Positions 1 through 10,504 of a DNA stretch of 64,000 nucleotides are shown piece by piece (within the stretch, counting starts at the first letter, position 1; every line of letters begins with the position of its first letter). The stretch is from an uncultured Collinsella sp. (GTDB lineage Bacteria; Actinomycetota; Coriobacteriia; Coriobacteriales; Coriobacteriaceae). The notes under the pieces were generated by a model. That model had not been told where the DNA came from. It was given only the letters and a program-made list of their open reading frames with translations, and ran no database searches. The stretch is from assembly GCA_958408685.1 (NCBI GenBank), contig CATYLC010000011.1:3704-67703 (forward strand), written 5' to 3'. The position numbers and the translations under genes are program-made.

Positions 1-52
1 AAGGGAAAAGCGTAGGGTGAACGGGGCCTCCGGCGGGAAGTTAAACCGCTAC

Positions 53-919
53 TTACGCCTTGTTGACGGAGCCAAACTCCTCCATGAGCTCCTTGGTGCG
101 GGCAACGATGTTGTCGCGACCAGGCTTGAGGAGCTTGCGGGGGTCAAAGCCCTTGCCCTGCTGATCCTTGCCAGCCTCGATGTACTCGCGGACGCCCTTG
201 GCGAAGACGAGCTGCAGGTCGGTGTTGACGTTGATCTTGGAGATGCCCAGGGAGATGGCCTTCTTGATCTGATCCTCGGGGATGCCGGTGCCACCGTGCA
301 GAACGAGGGGCAGGTCGCCGGTCTGGGCCTTGATCTCGCCCAGACGCTCGAAGGAAAGGCCAGCCCAGTCGGCGGGATAGACGCCGTGGATGTTGCCGAT
401 GCCGCAGGCGAGGAAGTCGACGCCCAGGTCAGCAATCTGCTTGCACTCAGCAGGATCAGCGAGCTCGCCGCTGGAGGTCACGCCGTCCTCGGTGCCGCCG
501 ATGCCGCCGACCTCGGCCTCGATGGACATGCCCTTGGAGTGGGCAAGCTCAACGAGCTCCTTGGTGCGGTCGAGGTTAAGCTGGAAGGTCTCCTCGTGAG
601 AGCCGTCATACATGATGGACGTGAAGCCGGCCTCGATGCACTTGAAGCAGTCCTCGTAAGAACCGTGATCGAGGTGAAGGGCGACGGGAACGGTAACGCC
701 CGTGGCCTCGACGGCAGCCTTGACCATGTCGGCGCAGACCTTGAAACCGCCCATCCACTTAGCGGCACCAGCGGTGCACTGAAGGATCAGCGGAGACTTG
801 GCCTCCTCGGCGGCCTGGAGAATAGCCAGGGTCCACTCGAGGTTGTTGGTGTTGAAGGCACCGAGACCGTACTTGCCGGCCTCGGCCTTCTTGAGCATGT
901 CTGCTGCGTTGACGAGCAT
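53..919 (-). CDS. fba: Class II fructose-1,6-bisphosphate aldolase
   Basis: HLDHG, EAEVG, GNIHG, VLHGGTG and KINVNT motifs; ATG at 919 after a GGAGG RBS. Confidence 0.95.
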   Translation of the reverse strand: MLVNAADMLKKAEAGKYGLGAFNTNNLEWTLAILQAAEEAKSPLILQCTAGAAKWMGGFKVCADMVKAAVEATGVTVPVALHLDHGSYEDCFKCIEAGFTSIMYDGSHEETFQLNLDRTKELVELAHSKGMSIEAEVGGIGGTEDGVTSSGELADPAECKQIADLGVDFLACGIGNIHGVYPADWAGLSFERLGEIKAQTGDLPLVLHGGTGIPEDQIKKAISLGISKINVNTDLQLVFAKGVREYIEAGKDQQGKGFDPRKLLKPGRDNIVARTKELMEEFGSVNKA

Positions 920-1113
920 AAAAGAAACCTCCTGTAAGGTTGCTCCGATAACGCCTGTGATTTTACCACGGCGCACCCGAGCATAAACGTTCGTTTGTTC
1001 ACGAATATCGTCCAAACAGACTTTTTTGACCGTTTGCCCTACGAAATTGACCCGTTGGGGAAAAATAGCTTGACGTTTGGACGCTTCTCGTGCTTCAGAA
1101 GCTGACTCTAAAG

Positions 1114-1797
1114 CTACACCTGCATGAAAGGGTTCTGCATGAGCTCGCGTGCCATGGTGGTCGAATCGCCATGCCCGGTTAGGCAAACGGTATCGGGCGG
1201 GAGAAGCCGGGCGAGCTTGGAGAGCGAGCGCAGAATCGCCGCCTCGTCTCCTCCAGAAAGATCGGTGCGGCCGTGCCCACCCGGAAACAGGGTGTCGCCC
1301 ACAAAGGCAATGTTCCCCTGCTCGGTGGCAGCAAACAAGACGATTCCGCCCGGCGTATGCCCTGGTGTCTCGATCACCTGCAGGCAGATATCGCCCACCT
1401 CGAGAGTATCGCCCTCGGCGAGCAGGCGCGTCGGCTCCCCGGGGTCGGGCGTCTCAATGCCCCACATAGCTCGCTGTTCCTCGATGTTCGCATGCGGCAC
1501 CGCCACATCCTTAGCACACAGCTCATACTGACAGCCCTCGCCAACGGTGGTTCGCACGCCGGCAACACCACCAACATGATCGGCATGGCCGTGAGTGCAT
1601 ACGGCGCCAAGCATGCGTACGCCGGGATGCTTGGCTCGAATATGCTCTACCAAGCGCTCGCCTTCCCATGCGGGGTCGATAATCACGCACTCATTGTCCG
1701 AAATAACAGCATAGCTATTGGTCTGAATGGGACCATTTACGAGCGTCTCGATCTCGACCGATCCCTTGGGAGTTACATCCAAGGACACAGCACTCAT
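1114..1797 (-). CDS. MBL-fold metallo-hydrolase (glyoxalase II-like)
   Basis: THGHADH, TPGHTPGG, GDTLF and GHG motifs; usual position downstream of rel. Confidence 0.9.
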   Translation of the reverse strand: MSAVSLDVTPKGSVEIETLVNGPIQTNSYAVISDNECVIIDPAWEGERLVEHIRAKHPGVRMLGAVCTHGHADHVGGVAGVRTTVGEGCQYELCAKDVAVPHANIEEQRAMWGIETPDPGEPTRLLAEGDTLEVGDICLQVIETPGHTPGGIVLFAATEQGNIAFVGDTLFPGGHGRTDLSGGDEAAILRSLSKLARLLPPDTVCLTGHGDSTTMARELMQNPFMQV

Positions 1798-1817
1798 GTC
1801 CCTCTCCTCTCTATAGA

Positions 1818-1845
1818 ACTCGAGGCATCGAACGATGCCTCGAGT
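1818..1845. repeat. Perfect 13-bp hairpin between rel and the MBL gene
   Basis: ACTCGAGGCATCG-AA-CGATGCCTCGAGT; no U-tract. Confidence 0.6.
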
Positions 1846-1881
1846 GTAGCGAATATCGATAATGTGGCACGTTCGTCGCGA

Positions 1882-4242
1882 CTAAACGCGGCGCTTAAGC
1901 TGGGCTCCACCCTCGCCGGGCATCAGGCGGCGCGCGTCGTAGACCGAGTCAACGCTGCTGATAGAGGCCAGCAGCGGATCCAGACCACTCGCGTCCGAGA
2001 TCTCGACCATAAAGCGCAAGGTTGCAATACCCTCGCGGTTAGTCGACGTGGCGGCAGAAAGGATATTGCCGCCCGCATCGCCAATGGCAATGGTGACATC
2101 CTTGAGCAGCCCCATGCGGTCCAGGCACTCGACCACGATCTCGACCTGGAAGAGGGTGTCGGCAGCGCCGTCCCACTCCACTTCGATCATGCGCTCGGGA
2201 TGCTCCATAAGGCCCTTGACGTTGGGGCAGTTGGCGCGATGCACCGAAACGCCACGGCCGCGCGTGATGAAGCCGACGATATCGTCGCCTGTCACGGGAT
2301 TGCAGCAATGCGCCAGACGGACCAGCAGTCCGCTGTTGCTCTCGCCCTTGACGATAATGCCGTTGCTGGCGCTCTTGCCACGCTTTTGCGGCTTGCGGTT
2401 GGAGCCGCGGGCCGGCTGTTTCACGACCTCGGCGATAGCCTCGGCCTTGGTGACCTGTTCCTCGGGCTTGGGGTCCAAGATTTGCTCGACCTTGTTACCC
2501 ACAGCGCGCGGGGCAACCTTGCCGGCGCCGACGGCGGCAAACAGGTCCTCGAGCTGCTTGTAGTTAAACTGCTCCGCCACGGCGTTGAGCGCACGCGTGG
2601 ATCGTGGCGTAGAGATGCCATACCCGCGCTTGCGCAGGTCCTTGGCCAGTATATCGCGGCCGGCCGCAGCGTCATCGTCTTTGGTTGCAGCGGCAAAATA
2701 GCGGCGGATCTTTGACTTAGCCGAAGGTGTCTTGACGATCTTGAGCCAATCACGCGACGGCTTGGAACTCTTGTTGGTCAGGATTTCAACGCGGTCGCCC
2801 GTCTTGATCTCGTGCGTGAGCGGGGCCACCGCACCGTTGATCTTAGCGCCGACGCAGTGGTTGCCCACCTCGGTGTGAACGGCGTAGGCAAAGTCGAGCG
2901 GCGTGGAGCCGGCACGAAGCGCCATGACCTCGCCCTTGGGCGTAAAGACGAAGATCTCCTGGTCGAACAGATCGACCTTCAGCGAGTGCAGGTATTCCTT
3001 GGCGTCCGTAATCTCGTCAGAAGCCGCCCAATCGAGCGAATGTTTGAGCCAGTTAATCTGGTCGTCCAGACGCTGGGCATCATTGGTCTTAGACGCAGAT
3101 GATCCGCCCGACTTCTTATAGAGCCAGTGGGCGGCAATGCCGTACTCGGCCTGCTCATGCATCTCGTAGGTTCGAATCTGAATCTCGAGCGGGCGGGCCG
3201 TGGGGCCGATAACCGTCGTATGGAGCGACTGGTAGTTATTGACCTTGGGCATGGCGATATAGTCTTTAAAGCGACCGGGCATGGGGTGCCATAGTGTGTG
3301 CACCGCGCCAAGCGTGGAGTAGCAATCGCGCACCGAATGGGTGATGACGCGCAGCGCCACCAGGTCGTAAATCTCGGAGAACTCCTTACCCTTGCGCTTC
3401 ATCTTTTGGTAGATGGACCAATAGTGTTTGGAGCGGCCATTAATCTGGAAGCCCTCCAGGCCAATGCGGTTGAGCTCGTCGGTGAGCGTCTTGATGGTCT
3501 CGGCCAGATAGCGCTCGCGAACCTCGCGCGACTCAGCCACCATACGCGCGATGCGCTGGTAGGCATCGGGCTCCAGGTAGAAGAAGGACAGGTCCTCGAG
3601 CTCCCATTTAATCGAGCTCATGCCCAGACGGTCGGCCAGGGGCGCATACACGTCCATGGTCTCGCGAGCCTTAAACAGGCGACGGTCCTCGCGAAGGGCC
3701 GCAAGGGTGCGCATGTTGTGCAGACGGTCGGCAAGCTTAACGATAATGACGCGGATGTCCTTGGACATGGCGAGGAACATCTTGCGCAGCGTAAGCGCCT
3801 GCTTCTCGTCCATGCTATCGACTTCGATGTTGGTAAGCTTGGTCACGCCATCGACGAGCTCGGCCACCGTATCGCCAAACAGGCTTGACACATCGGCAAG
3901 CGAGGTCTCGGTATCCTCGACGGTATCGTGCAGCAGCGCGGCGCACACCACATCGCAGTCCATCTTGAGATCGGCCAAAATGATGGCCACCTCGACGGGA
4001 TGGTTAATGTACATCTCGCCCGAGCGGCGCTTTTGGTTGCAGTGCTTCTCGGCAGCAAAGCAATAGGCCTGCTCCACCTTAGAGAAGTCGTCCTCATTCA
4101 TATATTTGAGGCACAGGCGCTCCAGCTTGTCGTAGCTGTCCGCCATAATCTCGGGTGGCAGCTCATCGGCATGCTTATAGTGCTCCATCTCCGAAAAAGG
4201 CTGGAGGGTGGAATCATGGGCGGTACGGGCTGCGGCATCCAT
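1882..4242 (-). CDS. relA: Bifunctional (p)ppGpp synthetase/hydrolase (long RSH)
   Basis: HD domain (LLHDTVED), synthetase (YQSLHT, EIQIRT, GIAAHW), TGS, ZFD (HCCNPV) and ACT domains. Confidence 0.96.
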   Translation of the reverse strand: MDAAARTAHDSTLQPFSEMEHYKHADELPPEIMADSYDKLERLCLKYMNEDDFSKVEQAYCFAAEKHCNQKRRSGEMYINHPVEVAIILADLKMDCDVVCAALLHDTVEDTETSLADVSSLFGDTVAELVDGVTKLTNIEVDSMDEKQALTLRKMFLAMSKDIRVIIVKLADRLHNMRTLAALREDRRLFKARETMDVYAPLADRLGMSSIKWELEDLSFFYLEPDAYQRIARMVAESREVRERYLAETIKTLTDELNRIGLEGFQINGRSKHYWSIYQKMKRKGKEFSEIYDLVALRVITHSVRDCYSTLGAVHTLWHPMPGRFKDYIAMPKVNNYQSLHTTVIGPTARPLEIQIRTYEMHEQAEYGIAAHWLYKKSGGSSASKTNDAQRLDDQINWLKHSLDWAASDEITDAKEYLHSLKVDLFDQEIFVFTPKGEVMALRAGSTPLDFAYAVHTEVGNHCVGAKINGAVAPLTHEIKTGDRVEILTNKSSKPSRDWLKIVKTPSAKSKIRRYFAAATKDDDAAAGRDILAKDLRKRGYGISTPRSTRALNAVAEQFNYKQLEDLFAAVGAGKVAPRAVGNKVEQILDPKPEEQVTKAEAIAEVVKQPARGSNRKPQKRGKSASNGIIVKGESNSGLLVRLAHCCNPVTGDDIVGFITRGRGVSVHRANCPNVKGLMEHPERMIEVEWDGAADTLFQVEIVVECLDRMGLLKDVTIAIGDAGGNILSAATSTNREGIATLRFMVEISDASGLDPLLASISSVDSVYDARRLMPGEGGAQLKRRV

Positions 4243-4257
4243 CGAGGTCCCCTTCCC

Positions 4258-7200
4258 CTAGGCCCGCGGTACGATCGGGCGGTTAACTTTGGCTAGCATA
4301 TCAGAAGCGCACGAATCGAGCGCCCAACTCCGGAAAGCCGAGAACTCCATGCGCGAGCGCAAGCCCTCCAAATAGCGAATTGACCTGCTCAATTGCACGC
4401 GGCCGGGGTTTTCGGCCATCGCGATGCGACGGGTGTCGTCAAACCCCGAAACGCGACAGAAACCAAGCTCTTCGAAGATTCCCAGGCCACTTTCCACCGA
4501 GCGCTCGTCGACCGGCGTGCGAGCATCGATGGCAAGGCACATCTGCGCGATGTCGATATCGCTCGCGCTAAAGGAATCGTCCCCAGTCTTGCCGCGGTTG
4601 GAGCGCCACATGGTCTGCAACGCGCGATAGAGCGTGACGAGCTCGTCGCGCTCGGGCGCGTAGCAGTCGAGCAGGCGCTCGTTAATGCGAGCGTCACGCG
4701 ACGAATAGAGCAGGTGAATCACGGCAGGTTGGCCGTCGCGACCGGCGCGTCCGCTCATCTGGTTGAACTCGATGGCGCCAAACGGCATGTGGTAGAGCAC
4801 GACATGGCGGATATCGGGCAGGTTGACGCCCTCACCAAAGGCAGAGGTCGAAACGATGCAGCTGAGGCTTCCGTCACGAAACGCCTCCTCTACGCGATGG
4901 CGGTCGGCGCGCGTAAGGCCTGCGTTATAGAACGCGATGCGGGTCGCGCAATCGGGTACCCGTTTGCGCAGCGTCTTAGCAAGCGCCACGGACTGGTCGC
5001 GCGAGTTGACGTAGATGACAGTCTTCTCCCCCGTCGCCACGATTGACACCAGGCGGTTTTCGCGGCTCGCAAGATCGCGATCGTCCTCGAGCTGCAAGTT
5101 CTCGCGCACCGTCTCGTCGACCACCGTACGGGTAATCGGTAGCACGCGGGCGAGCTCCGCAACGACCGGAGCCGTTGCGGTGGCAGTCGTGGCCAGAACG
5201 ACCGGGTCGCCCAAGGCCTTGAGGATATCGGGCATGTCGAGATAGGCGCTGCGGTCGCCGCCCTTGGCAAGACCGGCATGATGCGCCTCATCGATAACGA
5301 CAAAACCGATGCGCCCCGAACGCGCAAAGCGGTCGCGGTGAATGGACAGGAACTCGGGCGTCGTGAGCACGATGCCGGTGCGGCCCGAAGCCAAGCCGGC
5401 AAACACGTCATCGCGCGCTGCCTCCACGGTCTCGCCGGTCAGCACGCCGACGCCAATGCCAAGCGCGGCCATCGTCGACGAGAGGTGATAGGCCTGGTCG
5501 GCAACGAGCGCGCGCAGCGGATAGACAAAGATGCTCGCACGCCCGCGAAGGACCGCCTCGCGCGCGGCATGCACATGGAAGATAAGAGACTTGCCGCGCC
5601 CCGTTCCCATAACGGCCAGAACACTTTGGTGATCGGCCAGGGCATCGAGCGCCTCGGCCTGCGCGCGGTGCGGCTGGTTCGAGCCGATAAAGCTATGGAT
5701 AAGCGAGCGCGTCAGCTCGGTATAGGAAAGCTGGGCGAGCGTTTGGCGCTTGCGGGACTCCAGACGAAGACCGGCGTCCGCAGGCTCCACGCCGCGGCGA
5801 AGCTCACATGCCGGGTCGTCAACGCTGGGCGCCGTGGTATCGCGGACCAAGACATCCTTGATCATAAGCTTGGGCTTTACACGTCCCTGCCAATGCTCGG
5901 CCACGGCCTCGAACACCAAGTCGACGGCGCTATCGCAATTGATGAGCTTATCGATCTGCGGCACGCGGAACATAATGGCCGGCACACTCGCGGCGCCATC
6001 GGTCGCCACGAAGCGCATGTGCTCGCCAGTTTTGCCCACCACGGCGCGATCGCACATTGTCACGCCCTCGGCCGCCAACAGCGGCACCTTGTTGCCCTGG
6101 CCAAACGGCTCAAGACGGGAGATCTGCTCGATAGTCTCGATATTTAGCTCGGAGAGGTCAACGGTGGCGGCAACCTCGTCAGTGTCCTCAAAGTCCTCGG
6201 CGGGAAGCTCCGATAGCACGGCGGAAAGGCGACGACGGAACTCGTCGAGCTTGGACGCCTCGATGGTCACGCCCACCGCACCGGCATGCCCGCCGCGACG
6301 AATCAGCAGATCGGAGCAACGCTCGACGGCGTCGAACAGGTTGACCTTGCCCACCGAGCGACCCGAACCGCGAGCAATACCGTCTTCGATCGAGAACAGC
6401 AGCGCCGGCACGTGATAACGGTTGGTCAGGCGGCTTGCCACGATGCCCTTGACGCCCTCGTGCCAGCCCTCGCCACCCACGACGATTGCGCGCCCACCGT
6501 CATAAGTCTCCTCGACTTTCGCCATGGCATCGCGCGTAAGCTCGGCCTCGATCTCGCGGCGTTGGCGATTGATTTCCTCGAGCTCGGCTGCCAGTGCACT
6601 TGCTTCAAGAGGATCACGGGCAAGCAGCAGGTCGAGCGCCAGCTTGGGATCAGCCATGCGGCCGGCAGCGTTCAGACGAGGGATGAGCGAAAACGACAGG
6701 CCGTCGGCCGTAATGGTAGAAAGGTCGGCCTTGGCAAGTGCGGCAAGCGCGATATAGCCGGGACGGGCCGTCACGCGCATCTGCTGGATGCCCTCGGCGA
6801 CCAGTGCGCGATTCTCGGGCGTGAGCGGCATCATGTCGGACACGGTGCCCAGCGCCGCAACCTCGATCAGCGAACGCCAATACGACGGTTTGCCCAGACG
6901 CTCGCCCAGGACCTGCACCAGCTTGAGTGCCACGCCGGCACCGGCAAGCTCGCGCGAGGGACCCTCGTCCTCGAGTTTAGGGTCGGTCAGGGGCACGCCC
7001 TGCGGTACCTGGTCGGAGGGTTCGTGGTGGTCCGTGACCACCAATTCGATCCCCAGGCTCTCCAGATAGGAGACTTCTTCCTTGGCGGCAATGCCGTTAT
7101 CGACGGTCACGATCAGCTGGGGGCGAGCGAGCTCGTTAACGCGGTCGAGCGCCGCTCGCGAAAGACCGTAGCCCTCGTCAAAGCGATGCGGAATAAACGG

Positions 7201-7545
7201 CGTGACATCGGCGCCAAACGTGCGCAGCGCCTCGGTCAACAGGCAGGTCGACGTAATGCCGTCAACGTCAAAATCGCCAAAGACCGCGATGCGCTCGTGG
7301 CTGCGAATAGCACGCTCGACGCGGTCGGCGACGACCGACATGCCCGGGATAATGAGTGGGTCGGCCCAGTCGCGATCGAGCGAAGGCGTCAAAAACAGCT
7401 GGCCTTCTTCGATGGATGTAATGCCGTGCGCAACCATAATGCGCGCCACCAGCCCGGGTATGCCCAGGCCAGCCGAAAGCTCCTTTTCGAGCTCGGGGTT
7501 TTGCTGAGCGACCGCCCAGCGATGCGTCGTCTTAAGCGATGACAT
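4258..7545 (-). CDS. recJ: ssDNA exonuclease RecJ fused to a C-terminal RecQ-like DEAH helicase
   Basis: GDFDVDG, TVDNG, TDHH and GGH motifs, then GTGRGKS, DEAHH, TATA, AFGEGVN and QMSGRAGRDG; start taken at MSSLK. Confidence 0.9.
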   Translation of the reverse strand: MSSLKTTHRWAVAQQNPELEKELSAGLGIPGLVARIMVAHGITSIEEGQLFLTPSLDRDWADPLIIPGMSVVADRVERAIRSHERIAVFGDFDVDGITSTCLLTEALRTFGADVTPFIPHRFDEGYGLSRAALDRVNELARPQLIVTVDNGIAAKEEVSYLESLGIELVVTDHHEPSDQVPQGVPLTDPKLEDEGPSRELAGAGVALKLVQVLGERLGKPSYWRSLIEVAALGTVSDMMPLTPENRALVAEGIQQMRVTARPGYIALAALAKADLSTITADGLSFSLIPRLNAAGRMADPKLALDLLLARDPLEASALAAELEEINRQRREIEAELTRDAMAKVEETYDGGRAIVVGGEGWHEGVKGIVASRLTNRYHVPALLFSIEDGIARGSGRSVGKVNLFDAVERCSDLLIRRGGHAGAVGVTIEASKLDEFRRRLSAVLSELPAEDFEDTDEVAATVDLSELNIETIEQISRLEPFGQGNKVPLLAAEGVTMCDRAVVGKTGEHMRFVATDGAASVPAIMFRVPQIDKLINCDSAVDLVFEAVAEHWQGRVKPKLMIKDVLVRDTTAPSVDDPACELRRGVEPADAGLRLESRKRQTLAQLSYTELTRSLIHSFIGSNQPHRAQAEALDALADHQSVLAVMGTGRGKSLIFHVHAAREAVLRGRASIFVYPLRALVADQAYHLSSTMAALGIGVGVLTGETVEAARDDVFAGLASGRTGIVLTTPEFLSIHRDRFARSGRIGFVVIDEAHHAGLAKGGDRSAYLDMPDILKALGDPVVLATTATATAPVVAELARVLPITRTVVDETVRENLQLEDDRDLASRENRLVSIVATGEKTVIYVNSRDQSVALAKTLRKRVPDCATRIAFYNAGLTRADRHRVEEAFRDGSLSCIVSTSAFGEGVNLPDIRHVVLYHMPFGAIEFNQMSGRAGRDGQPAVIHLLYSSRDARINERLLDCYAPERDELVTLYRALQTMWRSNRGKTGDDSFSASDIDIAQMCLAIDARTPVDERSVESGLGIFEELGFCRVSGFDDTRRIAMAENPGRVQLSRSIRYLEGLRSRMEFSAFRSWALDSCASDMLAKVNRPIVPRA

Positions 7546-7820
7546 AGGCACCCACCCCCGATAGGGGCAGGTCGCCGCGATACCTCTCACGGTTCATAGC
7601 GATGAGTCCTCTGTGTATGCCCGCTTCGGCAGGCAGATCTGTTGAACGGATTTATTATACCGTGCAGCGCGGACGCACAACGTCCAGCACGCCGTGGTTT
7701 CGATAAACGAGGGCGGTAATAGCCTCGAAATAATCGAGCGTTTCAGCCACACGGACGCGTGCGAGCGTCTAGCATATCCATTCAAAGCGGATTCACGAGC
7801 AAAGGGAGTCACAAGAGCAT

Positions 7821-8819
7821 ATGAAGCAATGGGTTGGACTGGGCAAATTTCTCGCGGGGCATATGCAGGTCATCGTTCCGATTTGCGTGGCGCTCGGCGT
7901 GCTCTTTCCTCAGCAGATTGGCGTACTCAAGCCCATCGTTCCCACCCTGTTTGCCTTTATGACGTTCCAAGGCGCGCTCAGCAACACCTTCCACCAGGTA
8001 GCTGAGGTGTTCCGCCGTCCCCTGCATCTGATTTTGGCGTTATTTGTCTCGGCTGTGATCATCCCCATCGCGGCGTATGCCATGGGCTCACTGTTCTTTG
8101 GCTCCAACCCCAACCTTGTCTGCGGCATCGTGCTCGAGTACAGCGTACCCGTGGCAGTCACTGCCTTTATGTGGATTAGCATGTTCGGCGGCAACGGCCC
8201 GCTCGCGCTCACCATCATCCTGACGTCCTCGGTTATATCGCCCGTAACGATTCCGCTCACGCTCAAGCTCCTGTTGGGCGCCACCGTCGCAATCGATGTG
8301 CCGAGCATGATGCAGGACATGGCCTTTATGATTGCCATCCCCGCCCTGCTCGGCATCGTAATCAACGAACTCACGCGCGGATGGGGACACGAGAAACTCT
8401 CCCCCGCGCTCTCGCCCGCCTGCAAATTTATGATGATGGGCGTCATCGCGTCCAACTCCACCGCCATGAGCGAGTACGTGCTGCACATGAACGCAGTGCG
8501 CCTGGAAGTCGCCCTCTTTATTCTGGTGTTCGCCATCAGCGGTTTTGTCGTGGGCATTCTGATCGCCCGCGCATTGCACCTGCCGTATAACGAGACGACC
8601 ACCATGTGCTTTACCTGCGGCATGCGCAATATCTCTTCGGGCGCCGTCATCGCCACACAGTATTTTCCCGGCGAAGTCGTGTTCCCCGTCATGTGCGGAA
8701 CGCTGTTTCAGCAGGTGCTCGCCTCGCTTATCGGGCATCTCTTTGAGCATCTGACCGGCGAGGAGCGCGCCGCCCAGCGCAAGCGGGTCGAGGCCGGCCG
8801 CGACGCCATGGTACGCTAG
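7821..8819 (+). CDS. Bile acid:sodium symporter (BASS) family transporter
   Basis: About 9-10 hydrophobic segments; GGNGPLAL and CGMRNISSG family-like motifs. Confidence 0.8.
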   Translation: MKQWVGLGKFLAGHMQVIVPICVALGVLFPQQIGVLKPIVPTLFAFMTFQGALSNTFHQVAEVFRRPLHLILALFVSAVIIPIAAYAMGSLFFGSNPNLVCGIVLEYSVPVAVTAFMWISMFGGNGPLALTIILTSSVISPVTIPLTLKLLLGATVAIDVPSMMQDMAFMIAIPALLGIVINELTRGWGHEKLSPALSPACKFMMMGVIASNSTAMSEYVLHMNAVRLEVALFILVFAISGFVVGILIARALHLPYNETTTMCFTCGMRNISSGAVIATQYFPGEVVFPVMCGTLFQQVLASLIGHLFEHLTGEERAAQRKRVEAGRDAMVR

Positions 8820-8849
8820 GCAGCACGCTTTTCGCAGGCGCTCGCCTTA

Positions 8850-9647
8850 CTACGCGAGCGTTTCCAGATGCGCATGCAGACGTTCCGCGTCGATATCAAG
8901 CGTGGTCTCGGCATTGACCTGGGCCAGACGATAACCCACAAAGTAGGGCGATACCACCCAACGTGGCAGCGCCTTGGCAATGGTCCGGCCGTCCATGTGG
9001 TAGAAGAACAAGTTGTACGACTCCGCGCGACCGCCGTGGTGCTCGTGCAGGATATAGCGCAGGGCCACCTGAATCGCATCGGCAAACAGGTCCGCTTCGG
9101 CTTTGTCGCGGGCGTCGTCGCTGGCGGCGATTCCCTGTGGAGCCGAGACGTTGGCCTCAAAGAACCCCATGATCGGTTCGGTTGAGATGTTGACCGAGAT
9201 TCTCCCCTGTTGCCAGACATTGATGCCTTCGAAATTGGCGGAAGTCAGCGAAGCATAGCCGTCTTCCTGCTCCAAACCCACAATCTGCATGTGTGGATGG
9301 ACGAGGCTGCCGCCCGAAAGCGGGCCTTTGTTCTTGTACATGAGCACACTGCGGTACTGTTGGGAATCGATCATCTGCTGCCAACAGCCCAGGGCAAACC
9401 GCATCACATGGTGGAGTTCATCCGGCTCATAGGTCACCAGGTCGGCATCGTGATCGGCCGACTCGATCAGCACGGTTTGACGGGTGGCGCGCAGGGTCTT
9501 GAACTTATTCTCGAGCCAAATGCAATCGCCATCACGGCGAATGATGTCGGTGAGCCCTTCTGTATCGCAAAAGGGACACGCGGTGCCGGGGCGGCGGTTG
9601 TCGTCGGGCTTACCGTTCGCCTGCTGAACGTCAAATACCAGCGCCAC
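8850..9647 (-). CDS. DUF4931 family protein (GalT/HIT-like)
   Basis: CPFC, ENKF and SGGSLVHPHMQI motifs; GTG start after GGAGG. Confidence 0.8.
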   Translation of the reverse strand: MALVFDVQQANGKPDDNRRPGTACPFCDTEGLTDIIRRDGDCIWLENKFKTLRATRQTVLIESADHDADLVTYEPDELHHVMRFALGCWQQMIDSQQYRSVLMYKNKGPLSGGSLVHPHMQIVGLEQEDGYASLTSANFEGINVWQQGRISVNISTEPIMGFFEANVSAPQGIAASDDARDKAEADLFADAIQVALRYILHEHHGGRAESYNLFFYHMDGRTIAKALPRWVVSPYFVGYRLAQVNAETTLDIDAERLHAHLETLA

Positions 9648-9650
9648 GGG

Positions 9651-10328
9651 TTATACCTCCAGCGGCACGATCTTGGTGCCATGGAGCTCGGAGACGCCTA
9701 GCGCCGCCGCGACCGCATCGCGATTTGCCGTAGTGATGCCGCCGCCGGGAAGGATGGTCAAACGATCACCCGCATACTCGATTAAACGAGCCAGGTAATC
9801 GAAATTATCCTCGATCGACGTACCGGCAGCGCCGCCATGCGTGAGGATGCGCGTAACGCCGCAGTCGGCAAGTGTATCAATCGCATCGAGCTGAGCCTCG
9901 GGCGAGAGCTGGTCAAACGCCATGTGGAAGGTGATGTCGATGGGCTCACGCTTGCATTCCTCAGTCGCGCAGCCCGCGGCCATCACGAGGGCGCCCAACG
10001 TAAGCTCGTCGAGCGCCCATCCGCCAGCGCAGGGCTTGCAGCAGCCAAAGACCAAGCCGTCAACGCCGGCGCTTACGGCAAGGCCCAGGTCCATCTCCAT
10101 CATACGCAGCTCGTCCTGGTTGTAGTGAAAGTCGCCGCCACGCGGGCGAATCATGCACATCACCCGTGCATCGTGCTCGTGGGCATAGTTGGTCGTAGCG
10201 CTGATAACGCCGGCCGAAGGCGTGGTACCACCAACGGCAAGGTTGTCGCACAGCTCGATACGCCTTGCACCGGCATCGATAGCCGCCGGCACCCGCTCAA
10301 AGTTCTCGGCACAAAACTCGTACACCAT
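9651..10328 (-). CDS. cutC: CutC family protein
   Basis: RIELCDNLAVGGTTPS, MIRPRGGDF, TFHMAFD and RILTHGG motifs. Confidence 0.92.
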   Translation of the reverse strand: MVYEFCAENFERVPAAIDAGARRIELCDNLAVGGTTPSAGVISATTNYAHEHDARVMCMIRPRGGDFHYNQDELRMMEMDLGLAVSAGVDGLVFGCCKPCAGGWALDELTLGALVMAAGCATEECKREPIDITFHMAFDQLSPEAQLDAIDTLADCGVTRILTHGGAAGTSIEDNFDYLARLIEYAGDRLTILPGGGITTANRDAVAAALGVSELHGTKIVPLEV

Positions 10329-10386
10329 AGATAGACCCCCAAAGACAGCAGATGTTTTCCGACGGGCATTGTCACACATCCCCATG

Positions 10387-10455
10387 AAGTTGCGGTGGAA
10401 TAGGGACTGTTTTGGCCTCTGAGACTCCCATTTAGTCCCTATTCCACCGCAACTT
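10387..10455. repeat. 69-bp element with perfect 22-bp inverted repeats (REP/MITE-like)
   Basis: AAGTTGCGGTGGAATAGGGACT (10387-10408) and AGTCCCTATTCCACCGCAACTT (10434-10455). Confidence 0.75.
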
Positions 10456-10497
10456 AAAAAGGGGGCGCTGACCGGGTTGGTCAGCGCCCCCTTTGTT
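10456..10497 (-). terminator. Rho-independent terminator of the liv operon
   Basis: AAAAAGGGGGCGCTGACC-loop-GGTCAGCGCCCCCTTT directly after the livF stop. Confidence 0.85.
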
Positions 10498-10504
10498 GAA
10501 TGGA

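Noticed and set aside
984..1000. AAACGTTCGTTT palindrome-like sequence upstream of fba as an SOS box
   Set aside because: Two core mismatches to GAAC-N4-GTTC and an unlikely target gene.
9651..10328. cutC as choline TMA-lyase
   Set aside because: Name clash only; this is the small TIM-barrel CutC family, not the glycyl-radical enzyme.
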